A stretch of 64,000 bases of DNA from an uncultured Acidobacteriota bacterium (GTDB lineage: Bacteria > Acidobacteriota > Vicinamibacteria > Vicinamibacterales > UBA2999): contig CAVYZT010000013.1 of assembly GCA_963773045.1 (NCBI GenBank), positions 207,137-271,136 on the forward strand, written 5' to 3'. The notes below the pieces were generated by a model. The model was given only the letters and a program-made list of their open reading frames with translations. It was not told the DNA's origin and did not search any database. This document shows positions 8,970-18,511 of the stretch, piece by piece; the first letter of the stretch is position 1; each line of letters starts with the position of its first letter. A program made the position numbers and the translations under genes.

Positions 8970-10079
8970 ATGCGCGACGACGCGTTGGCGCTGGTTGCCG
9001 TCGCCGCCATCGTCGCGCTCTTGCGGCTGGCCAGCCCGGTTGCGAATACGACGGTGGCGGCACTCTGCCTGGTGCTGGTCGTCCTGATCGTTGCCCGGAC
9101 GCTGAGCCGCCGCGCCGCGCTCACAGCGTCGCTCGTTGGCGTCCTCGCCTTCAACTTTTTCTTTCTTCCTCCGGTCGGTACGCTCACCATTGCCGATCCC
9201 CTGAACTGGGTCGCCGCTGGCGTGTTCCTGGCCCTGTCGTTGACCGTGAGCGAGCTGTCGGCCCGTGCCCGGCAGCAGACCGAGAAGGCGCACGCCCATC
9301 GTCTGGAGGCGGAGCGGCTCTATCGCGAATTGCAGGCCGCCTTCGATCGCGAGGCGCAGACCGAAGCCGACCGGCGGAGCGAGCGTCTGAAGAGCGAGCT
9401 GCTCGATGCCGTCACCCATAATCTGCGCACGCCGATCACGTCGATCAAGGCGTCAACGACGGCCCTGCTGTCACAGCCGTCGACCATGGGAGAAGCCGTT
9501 CGCCGAGAATTGTTGACCGTTGCGAATGAAGAAGCCGATCGACTGGATCTTCTGGTGGAAGACCTGATCGGCCTGGCTCGCATCCAGGCTGGAGAGCTTG
9601 GCCTTCAGATGTCGTGGTGCAGCCTGGACGATGTGATTGGCAGCGCCATCAAACGTGCCGAACGTCTGCTCGGGGCGCACACGCTCGAGGTTTCGGTCCC
9701 GCCGGATCTTCCGGTCGTCCGGGCCGACGCGCGCGCGCTCGAGGAGGTGGTGTTTCAGCTGCTGGAGAACGCGGCGAAGTATTCGCCACGCGGATCGCGC
9801 ATCGCGGTATCGGCGCGCGAAGAACCCGGTGAGCTGATCGAGATCCGAGTAGAGGACGAGGGTCCCGGCGTCGCCGCCGACGAGCGCGAACGCATCTTCG
9901 ACAAGTTCTATCGGTCGCCGGCCGCGGCGACCGCGGCCAGCGGCTCCGGGCTGGGCCTGGCGATCGTTCGTGGCATCGTCGATGCGCATCGAGGGGACGT
10001 GATGGTCACCGACCGCGCGGCGCAGCCCGGGGCGCGGTTCATCGTTCGTCTGCCGATTGGCGACGAGGACAACCCGTGA
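8970..10079 (+). CDS. kdpD: KdpD C-terminal half: DUF4118-type membrane domain plus HisKA plus HATPase_c
   Basis: Begins with KdpD-like TM helices (LAFNFFFLPPVGTLTIADP). H-box THNLRTPITSI. G-boxes DEGPGV and GSGLGLAI. Confidence 0.85.
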   Translation: MRDDALALVAVAAIVALLRLASPVANTTVAALCLVLVVLIVARTLSRRAALTASLVGVLAFNFFFLPPVGTLTIADPLNWVAAGVFLALSLTVSELSARARQQTEKAHAHRLEAERLYRELQAAFDREAQTEADRRSERLKSELLDAVTHNLRTPITSIKASTTALLSQPSTMGEAVRRELLTVANEEADRLDLLVEDLIGLARIQAGELGLQMSWCSLDDVIGSAIKRAERLLGAHTLEVSVPPDLPVVRADARALEEVVFQLLENAAKYSPRGSRIAVSAREEPGELIEIRVEDEGPGVAADERERIFDKFYRSPAAATAASGSGLGLAIVRGIVDAHRGDVMVTDRAAQPGARFIVRLPIGDEDNP

Positions 10080-10804
10080 GCCGGCCATTCCGAGTGCTGG
10101 TCGTGGACGACGAGCCGCAGATTCGGCGCGTCCTTCGCTTGGCCCTCGACAGTCAGGGATTCGATCTTCGCGTCGCCGCCGACGGCGAGTCGGCGCTGGA
10201 TACGATGCGCGACTGGCCACCCGATCTCGTCATCACCGATCTGTCGATGCCAGGAGTGGACGGTCTCGAGCTCTGCCGTCGCATCCGCGAGAAGAGCGCG
10301 GTGCCGATCATCGTCCTGTCGGTGAAGGGCGAGGAGCGGTCGAAGGTGGCCGCGCTCGACGCGGGCGCGGACGACTATGTGACCAAGCCCTTCGGCATGG
10401 ACGAGTTGCTCGCCCGAGTCCGGGCGGTTTCCCGCCGCGCCCCGGCCGACAGCCAACACGCCTCCCGGCTGACCGTGGGTGTGTTCACAATCGATATCGC
10501 TGCGCACACCGTGTTGATCGAAGGGCGGGATGTGCGGCTGACGCCGAAGGAGTTCGACCTGCTCGTCCATTTCGCTCGCAATCCAGGGAAGGTTTTGACC
10601 CATCGCGCCCTACTGGCGGGCGTATGGGGCGCCGAACATGCCGAGCAGAGCGAATACCTGCGCGTGTTCGTCGGGCAGCTGCGTAAGAAGATCGAGCCCG
10701 ACCCGTCGGAGCCGACGTACCTCCGCACCGAGCCGTGGGTCGGCTACCGGTTCGACCCGGGCGCCGCGGGCGGCGAACGCGATCCGCGGCCGGCCGCCGG
10801 CTGA
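10076..10804 (+). CDS. kdpE: OmpR-family response regulator KdpE
   Basis: 4-nt overlap with the kinase. REC plus winged helix (LRTEPWVGYRF). KdpE-like FGMDELLARVRA. Confidence 0.85.
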   Translation: MSRPFRVLVVDDEPQIRRVLRLALDSQGFDLRVAADGESALDTMRDWPPDLVITDLSMPGVDGLELCRRIREKSAVPIIVLSVKGEERSKVAALDAGADDYVTKPFGMDELLARVRAVSRRAPADSQHASRLTVGVFTIDIAAHTVLIEGRDVRLTPKEFDLLVHFARNPGKVLTHRALLAGVWGAEHAEQSEYLRVFVGQLRKKIEPDPSEPTYLRTEPWVGYRFDPGAAGGERDPRPAAG

Positions 10805-10930
10805 AAATCCCCGGCGGCGCGGAAAACCCAGCGCCTCACATCGAGCCGGCAGCGGTCTTTCCTCCGGAAAATCGAATATGCCCAGGAAACCAGGCGGCAC
10901 AGCTCATGCGCTACGCCTTGGCCGTGGGCG

Positions 10931-10947
10931 TTTACAACTTCTTTAGA
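10931..10947 (+). promoter_or_regulatory. Candidate KdpE operator: TTTACA-N5-TTTAGA direct repeat
   Basis: Two hexamers 11 bp centre to centre in the only AT-rich patch upstream of the porin-kdp genes. A TAGACT -10-like hexamer lies at 10978-10983. Confidence 0.35.
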
Positions 10948-10992
10948 AATCCTTTGATCGGCCCTTATGGCCGGCTCCCTAGACTGGGCTGC

Positions 10993-12186
10993 ATGCGCAA
11001 CTCATTCTCTGTTCTTGCAGTCGCTGCCATGCTAAGCCTGGTTGCGGTTGGGGCGAGCGCACAGACGCCGGCACCGGCCGAGCCGGCCGAGCCGGCCCAG
11101 GCGTCTCCGGCGGCGGCCACGGCTGCCGACTCCTGGCGCGACATGACCTTCGGTGCGACGCTCGAGGCTTATTACCAGTTCAACGGCAATCATCCGCCCG
11201 ATCGCATCTCGTTGCTGCGCGCCTACGACACGCGCGCCAACACGTTTGCGATTCAACAGGCGACGCTCGTCACCGAGCTGGCGCCCGCCGTCGACAAAGG
11301 ACGCCGCTTCGGGCTGCGCGCGGATTTGATGTTCGGCCAGGCCACCGAGACCGTTCAGGGCGGGCCGGCCAACGAGCCGCGCCCCGATGTCTATCGCCAC
11401 ATCTGGCAGGCGTACGGATCCTATGTCTTCCCAGTCGGCAAAGGCTTGCGCACCGACTTCGGCAAATTCGCTTCGAACCTCGGCTACGAGACCAACTACG
11501 CGAAGGACAACGATCACTTCTCACGCGCGTATCTCTTCAACTTCCTGCCGTTCTATCACTCCGGCCTGCGCACGTCGCTGCCGGTCGGTGACAAGGTGAC
11601 GCTGATGTACATGCTGACCAACGGCATCCAGCAGACCGAGGATTTCAACGACTTCAAGTCGAATCACTTCAGCGCCGTGATTGCGCCGGTCGCCAACGTC
11701 TCGTGGACGACGAGCTATTACTTCGGCCAGGAACAGGCCGATGGCGGAGATCCGGGCGGTCCGGATGGATTCTTCCGCGTGTTCGACACCTACTTCTCCT
11801 GGACGCCGAACGCGCGCGGGCTGATTGGCGCCGACTTCAACCACGTTACCAACGAGGTGAACAAGGGTGACGAGGCGACTGCCCTCACCGGCTTGGGCCT
11901 TTACGGTCGGTTCAAGCCGTCGGATCCATCGACGCTCGCCATCCGCTACGAGCGGCTCGACGACGAAGGACTGTTCGGCGGCATCGATCAGGTACTGCAG
12001 GAGATCACCTTCACGGCGGAATGGAAGTTTGCCGACGGGTTCCTCGCGCGTCTGGAGCTCAGGGACGACTGGTCGAACGAGCGCTTCTTCACCGGCAGCG
12101 GCGGCGGCACCGACAAGCGCACGAGCCAGCCGACGGCGATGCTCGCCGTCGTGTGGTGGATGGGGAACAAGACGGGGACTTGGTAG
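10993..12186 (+). CDS. Outer-membrane beta-barrel porin (OmpL/porin-2-like), kdp-associated
   Basis: Signal peptide MRNSFSVLAVAAMLSLVAVGASAQ. Alternating beta-strand pattern. C-terminal aromatic residue (...KTGTW). Confidence 0.7.
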   Translation: MRNSFSVLAVAAMLSLVAVGASAQTPAPAEPAEPAQASPAAATAADSWRDMTFGATLEAYYQFNGNHPPDRISLLRAYDTRANTFAIQQATLVTELAPAVDKGRRFGLRADLMFGQATETVQGGPANEPRPDVYRHIWQAYGSYVFPVGKGLRTDFGKFASNLGYETNYAKDNDHFSRAYLFNFLPFYHSGLRTSLPVGDKVTLMYMLTNGIQQTEDFNDFKSNHFSAVIAPVANVSWTTSYYFGQEQADGGDPGGPDGFFRVFDTYFSWTPNARGLIGADFNHVTNEVNKGDEATALTGLGLYGRFKPSDPSTLAIRYERLDDEGLFGGIDQVLQEITFTAEWKFADGFLARLELRDDWSNERFFTGSGGGTDKRTSQPTAMLAVVWWMGNKTGTW

Positions 12187-12276
12187 CTGTTCGCCTTTCG
12201 CTTTTCGCAATTCGCAACGCACCCACGCTCGTGCGAACCGCGAACCGCGAACCGCGAATAGCGAACAGCGAATTGC
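12187..12276. repeat. Inverted heptad arrays (NNTTCGC)n ... (GCGAANN)n forming a long imperfect hairpin
   Basis: Left arm gctgttcgcctttcgcttttcgcaattcgc. Right arm gcgaacc x3, gcgaata, gcgaaca, gcgaatt. Confidence 0.85.
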
Positions 12277-12295
12277 AAAAACCCTTGGAGGTTTG

Positions 12296-12379
12296 ATGCT
12301 GCTAATTGGAATGATCGTTCTTGGGCTCGCAACCTTTGCCGCGATGCTGGGGTTCGTCACGTTCTGCGATCGCATCTGA
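12296..12379 (+). CDS. 27-aa hydrophobic peptide upstream of kdpF (KdpF/KdpG-like accessory peptide?)
   Basis: GGAGG 4 nt before the ATG. MLLIGMIVLGLATFAAMLGFVTFCDRI forms a single TM helix. Below the ORF-track size cutoff. Confidence 0.4.
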   Translation: MLLIGMIVLGLATFAAMLGFVTFCDRI

Positions 12380-12388
12380 GGGGAACGC

Positions 12389-12469
12389 CATGACCGTCCT
12401 GTCTCTCGTATTGAGCATCGCCGCATTCGTGTACCTCGTTTACGCGATGCTGCGCCCAGAGCGGTTTTG
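12389..12469 (+). CDS. kdpF: K+-transporting ATPase subunit F
   Basis: 26-aa MTVLSLVLSIAAFVYLVYAMLRPERF with the KdpF C-terminal signature (Y-L-x-Y-A-[LM]-L-R-P-E-R-F). GAGGGG RBS. Immediately upstream of kdpA. Confidence 0.75.
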
Positions 12470-12510
12470 AACCGCGAATAGCGAACCGCGAACAGCGAAC
12501 AGCGAACAGC
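12470..12510. repeat. Heptad array (GCGAANN)n between kdpF and kdpA
   Basis: gcgaata gcgaacc gcgaaca gcgaaca gcgaaca. Same unit as 12233-12276. Confidence 0.85.
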
Positions 12511-12512
12511 AT

Positions 12513-14219
12513 ATGACCACCGAATACATCGCCATCGTCATCACGATCGCATTCACGATCGCGACCAGTCTGATCCTCGGCCGGTACATGTTCAAGGTGT
12601 TCACCGGCCAGCGGACCCTGCTCGATCCGGCCTTGGTTCCGATCGAGCGCCTGGTGCTCCGGGTGACCGGTGTGGATCCGAATCAACAGCAGGATTGGAA
12701 GCAGTATTCGGTGTCACTGCTGGTCTCGAACGTCGTGATGTGGCTCGCCACCTTTGCCATCGTCTCGCTTCAGCAGTGGCTGCCGATCAATCCCGACGGC
12801 ATCGCGAACATGGAGCCGACGCTGTCGTTCAACACGATCTCGAGCTTCACGACCAACACCAACCTGCAGCACTACAGCGGCGAGACGGGGTTGTCGTACT
12901 TCTCGCAGATGTTCGTCATCTCGTTTCTGCAATTCGTGACCGCGGCCACCGGCGTCGCCGCGTGCATCGCCACCATCCGCGGCCTGGGAAACAATCGCCT
13001 CACCGAGCTTGGCAACTTCTACGTCGATCTCACGCGGGCGACCGTTCGCCTCTTCCTCCCGCTGGCCCTGCTGGTCTCGGTCGTGATCATGTCGCAGGGA
13101 ACGCCGATGACGTTCGAGGGGGCGGCCAAGGCGACGACGGTTGAGGGACAGGAACAGTCGATCGCGCGCGGCGTGACGGCGGCAGTCGTGTCGATCAAGC
13201 AGCTGGGCACCAACGGCGGTGGGTACTTCGGCCCGAACTCGGCGCATCCCTTCGAGAACCCGACGCCGCTCACCAATTTCGTCGAGACGTGGTCGATCAC
13301 GATCATCCCCATGGCGATGGTCTGGACTCTGGGGTACATGCTCGGGCGGCGCCGCCTCGCCGTTACGATCTTCGCGACCATGCTCGCCCTCTATCTCCCG
13401 ATGGTCGTGTTCGGCGTGTCGCAGGAAGTCGGGGGCAATCCCGCGATTGCGCGCATGGGCGTCGATCAGTCCACCGGGTCGATGGAGGGCAAGGAAGTGC
13501 GATTCGGCGCCGGGCTCTCGGCGCTGTGGGCGGTGACGACGACGGTGACGTCGAACGGGTCGGTGAACAGCATGCACGACTCGATGACGCCGCTCGGCGG
13601 GTTGATGCCCCTCATCGGCATGTGGCTGAACAACATCTTCGGCGGCGTTGGTGTCGGCTTCATCAACATGCTGATCTTCGTCATCGTCGCGGTGTTCGTC
13701 GCCGGCATGATGATCGGCCGCACGCCCGAGTTCCTGGGCAAGAAGGTCGAAGCCAAGGAGATGAAGCTGGCCAGCCTGGCGATGCTCTGGCATCCGCTGG
13801 CCATTCTCGTGGGCACCGCCATCGCCGCCTACGTGTGGGTGATCACGCCCGATCCGGGAACGGCGCTGGCCTGGCTGAAGAATCCGGGTCCGCATGGCTT
13901 CTCCGAGATGTTGTACGAGTTCAGCTCGTCGGCGGCGAACAACGGCTCCGGCTTCGAAGGGCTGGGCGACAACACGCCCTTCTGGAACATCGCCTGCGGC
14001 CTCGTGATGCTGCTGTCGCGCTACATCCCGATCATCGCGCCGCTGGCGCTGGCGGGATCGCTGGCGGCAAAGCCGGCGGCGCCGGAGACAGCCGGCTCGC
14101 TTCGAGCCGACACGCCGACGTTCGGCTTCACGCTGTGGGCCGTGATCGTGATTCTCGGTTTGTTGATGTTCATGCCGGTCGCAGTGCTGGGACCGATTGC
14201 GGAGTACCTGGCGCTGTGA
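12513..14219 (+). CDS. kdpA: K+-transporting ATPase subunit A
   Basis: 568-aa polytopic protein with a KdpA-like N-terminus and length, sitting within the kdp context. Confidence 0.95.
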   Translation: MTTEYIAIVITIAFTIATSLILGRYMFKVFTGQRTLLDPALVPIERLVLRVTGVDPNQQQDWKQYSVSLLVSNVVMWLATFAIVSLQQWLPINPDGIANMEPTLSFNTISSFTTNTNLQHYSGETGLSYFSQMFVISFLQFVTAATGVAACIATIRGLGNNRLTELGNFYVDLTRATVRLFLPLALLVSVVIMSQGTPMTFEGAAKATTVEGQEQSIARGVTAAVVSIKQLGTNGGGYFGPNSAHPFENPTPLTNFVETWSITIIPMAMVWTLGYMLGRRRLAVTIFATMLALYLPMVVFGVSQEVGGNPAIARMGVDQSTGSMEGKEVRFGAGLSALWAVTTTVTSNGSVNSMHDSMTPLGGLMPLIGMWLNNIFGGVGVGFINMLIFVIVAVFVAGMMIGRTPEFLGKKVEAKEMKLASLAMLWHPLAILVGTAIAAYVWVITPDPGTALAWLKNPGPHGFSEMLYEFSSSAANNGSGFEGLGDNTPFWNIACGLVMLLSRYIPIIAPLALAGSLAAKPAAPETAGSLRADTPTFGFTLWAVIVILGLLMFMPVAVLGPIAEYLAL

Positions 14220-14222
14220 AAG

Positions 14223-14296
14223 GGCTTGGGACTTGGGGCTTGGGACTTGGGGTTTAGCTGGCCTTCAGTCCCAGGCCCCAAGCCCCAGGCCCCAAG
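14223..14296. repeat. Inverted heptad arrays (CTTGGGR)n / (CCCCARG)n forming a hairpin between kdpA and kdpC
   Basis: ggcttgggacttggggcttgggacttgggg ... agtcccaggccccaagccccaggccccaag. Confidence 0.85.
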
Positions 14297-14308
14297 ACGG
14301 AGAAGACA

Positions 14309-14902
14309 ATGTTGAAGGAACTGAGACAAGGCGTCCTCTTCACGCTGATCACGATGCTGATGCTCGGCGGTGTCTATCACGGTGTGCTGTGGACGATCGG
14401 GCAGGTCGCGTTTTCTTCTGAGGCAGAAGGCAGCCTGATTCGGCGGGCGGACGGCACGATCGTCGGCTCGCGGCTGATCGCCCAGAAGTTCACGCGGCCC
14501 GAGTACTTCCAGCCACGCCCGTCCGGCGTGGACTACAACGCGGCTTCGACCGGCGGCACCAACTACGGGCCCTCCAATCCGGATCATCTGAAGGCGGTTC
14601 AGGAGCGGCTCGACGCCGTCATCGCGCTCGACAAGGTCAAGGCGGGCGAGGTGCCTTCCGAAATGGTGACTGCGAGCGGCGGCGGCCTCGATCCTCACAT
14701 TCCGCCCGCCGCAGCGCGGCTTCAGTCGGCTCGAGTGGCCGCCGCGCGCGGCGTGCCGGCCGATCGAGTGCGAGCGTTGATTGATGAACACACCGAGGCG
14801 CCGACGCTCGGCTTTCTCGGTCGTGCCCGGGTCAACGTGCTGGAGCTGAACCTGGCCCTCGACGAGGCGCTCGGCGCACCCAAGCCGGTTGAACCGCGGT
14901 AG
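14309..14902 (+). CDS. kdpC: K+-transporting ATPase subunit C
   Basis: N-terminal TM helix. [31 protein letters not shown] and [11 protein letters not shown] match KdpC conserved blocks. Confidence 0.95.
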   Translation: MLKELRQGVLFTLITMLMLGGVYHGVLWTIGQVAFSSEAEGSLIRRADGTIVGSRLIAQKFTRPEYFQPRPSGVDYNAASTGGTNYGPSNPDHLKAVQERLDAVIALDKVKAGEVPSEMVTASGGGLDPHIPPAAARLQSARVAAARGVPADRVRALIDEHTEAPTLGFLGRARVNVLELNLALDEALGAPKPVEPR

Positions 14903-14939
14903 GCACAGCCCCAAGCCCCAAGCCAAAAGACACAGAACC

Positions 14940-17045
<2,106 letters not shown>

Positions 17046-17046
17046 G

Positions 17047-17313
17047 GAAGGCAGACAAGGCAGAAGGCACAAGGCAGAAGGCACAAGGCAGAAGGCACAA
17101 GGCAGAAGGCACAAGGCAGAAGGCGACAAGGCAGAAGGCACAAGGCAGAAGGCAACAAGGCAGAAGGCACAAGGCAGAAGGCAACAAGGCAGAAGGCACA
17201 AGGCAGAAGGCACAAGGCAGAAGGCACAAAGGCAGAAGGCACAAGGCAGAAGGCACAAGGCAGAAGGCCCAAGCCCCAAGCCCCAAGCCCCAAGCCCCAA
17301 GCCTCAAGCCTCA
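17047..17313. repeat. About 220-bp heptad array (GAAGGCA/CAAGGCA, 14-bp super-unit, about 30 heptads) followed by (CCCCAAG)n
   Basis: Read directly. It starts 2 nt after the kdpB stop and ends 9 nt before the next start. Occasional 8-nt units occur. Confidence 0.95.
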
Positions 17314-17321
17314 GGACAACC

Positions 17322-18509
17322 GTGACGACCAACCGCAGCGCGTTCGAAGATCGGCGTCCCGATGCGGCGTCGCTGCTCGCCAAGCTCAACGAGAGCGACC
17401 GGGCTCGGCTTCGCGTGTACATCGGCGCGGCGCCAGGGGTCGGCAAGACCTATCAGATGCTCGAGGACGCGCATCAACTGAAGCGCCAGGGCATCGACGT
17501 CGTCATCGGCTACATCGAGCCGCACGGCCGCGCCGACACACTGTCGCTGGTCGACGGGCTGGAGATCGTCCCGCGGCGGGTCCTGTCGTACCGGGACGTG
17601 AAGCTCGAGGAGATGGATGTTGAGGCGATCAAGGCGAGGAAGCCGCAGATCGTCCTGGTGGACGAGCTGGCGCACACCAACGTGCCCGGCTCAGCGCACG
17701 AGAAGCGGTACGAAGACGTCCTCGATCTGCTGAACAGCGGCATCTCCGTGATCACGGCGATCAACATTCAGCACATCGAGTCGCTCAACGACGTGGTCGT
17801 CAGAAGCAGCGGCATTCACGTGCGCGAGACCGTTCCAGACTGGTTTCTGCACCGCGCCGACGAGGTGGTCAACGTCGACGTCTCGGTCGAGACGCTGCGC
17901 ACGCGCCTGCTGCAGGGCAAGATCTACGGCGTCGAGAAGATCGAGCAGGCGCTCGCCAACTTCTTTCGCAAGGGCAATCTGTCGACGCTGCGCGAGCTGG
18001 CGCTGCGCCAGCTGGCGATGAACCAGGCCGAGCAGTCGCACGAGTATCGCGAGCGCGAAGGGCTCGAGGACCCGGCGATTCCGGAAAAAGTGATGGTCGC
18101 CATCGCGTCGCGCGGCAGCGCGACGAGACTGCTGCGCACCGGGTCGCGAATCGCCGGCCGGCTGGCGTCCGACTGGTACGCCGTGTACGTCGAGACGCCG
18201 AGCGAGGAGCCAGGGAGTATCACTCCCGAGGCGCACGCCGCCTTGATGAACAACATCCGCTTCGCCGAGCATCTCGGTGCGCGCGTCGTCAAGCTCAAGG
18301 GCAAGCGCGTGGCCGACGCGCTCATCGAGTTCGCGCGCCGCGAAGGCATCACGCACGTGATCTTCGGGCAGTCGGCCAGGTCGCGCTGGAGCCTCTTCTG
18401 GAGCGGCTCGATCGTCAACCGCTTCCTCGCCGAGGTGAGGAATGCCACCGTCCACGTCGTCCCGCAGGGGCCAGACGACGAGGCGAAGGCGGGCGAGGCG
18501 CCCGCATAA
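17322..18509 (+). CDS. Stand-alone KdpD N-terminal sensor domain plus Usp domain protein (paralogue 2, intact Walker A)
   Basis: LRVYIGAAPGVGKTYQML...VVIGYIEPHGR...VDELAHTN...KRYEDVLDLLNSGISVITAINIQHIESL, then a Usp-like half. No membrane or kinase part. Confidence 0.85.
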   Translation: MTTNRSAFEDRRPDAASLLAKLNESDRARLRVYIGAAPGVGKTYQMLEDAHQLKRQGIDVVIGYIEPHGRADTLSLVDGLEIVPRRVLSYRDVKLEEMDVEAIKARKPQIVLVDELAHTNVPGSAHEKRYEDVLDLLNSGISVITAINIQHIESLNDVVVRSSGIHVRETVPDWFLHRADEVVNVDVSVETLRTRLLQGKIYGVEKIEQALANFFRKGNLSTLRELALRQLAMNQAEQSHEYREREGLEDPAIPEKVMVAIASRGSATRLLRTGSRIAGRLASDWYAVYVETPSEEPGSITPEAHAALMNNIRFAEHLGARVVKLKGKRVADALIEFARREGITHVIFGQSARSRWSLFWSGSIVNRFLAEVRNATVHVVPQGPDDEAKAGEAPA

Positions 18510-18511
18510 CC

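Noticed and set aside
10805-12295. c-di-AMP (ydaO/kimA-type) riboswitch or another leader RNA upstream of the kdp genes
   Set aside because: I could not recognise the pseudo-symmetric conserved cores by eye. The upstream gaps are explained by a short promoter region and the heptad hairpin. A covariance-model scan would be the decisive test.
17047-17313. Possible CRISPR array, given the very regular repeats
   Set aside because: Units are 7-14 bp and directly abutting, with no unique spacers. No cas genes are in the window. It is a simple tandem array.
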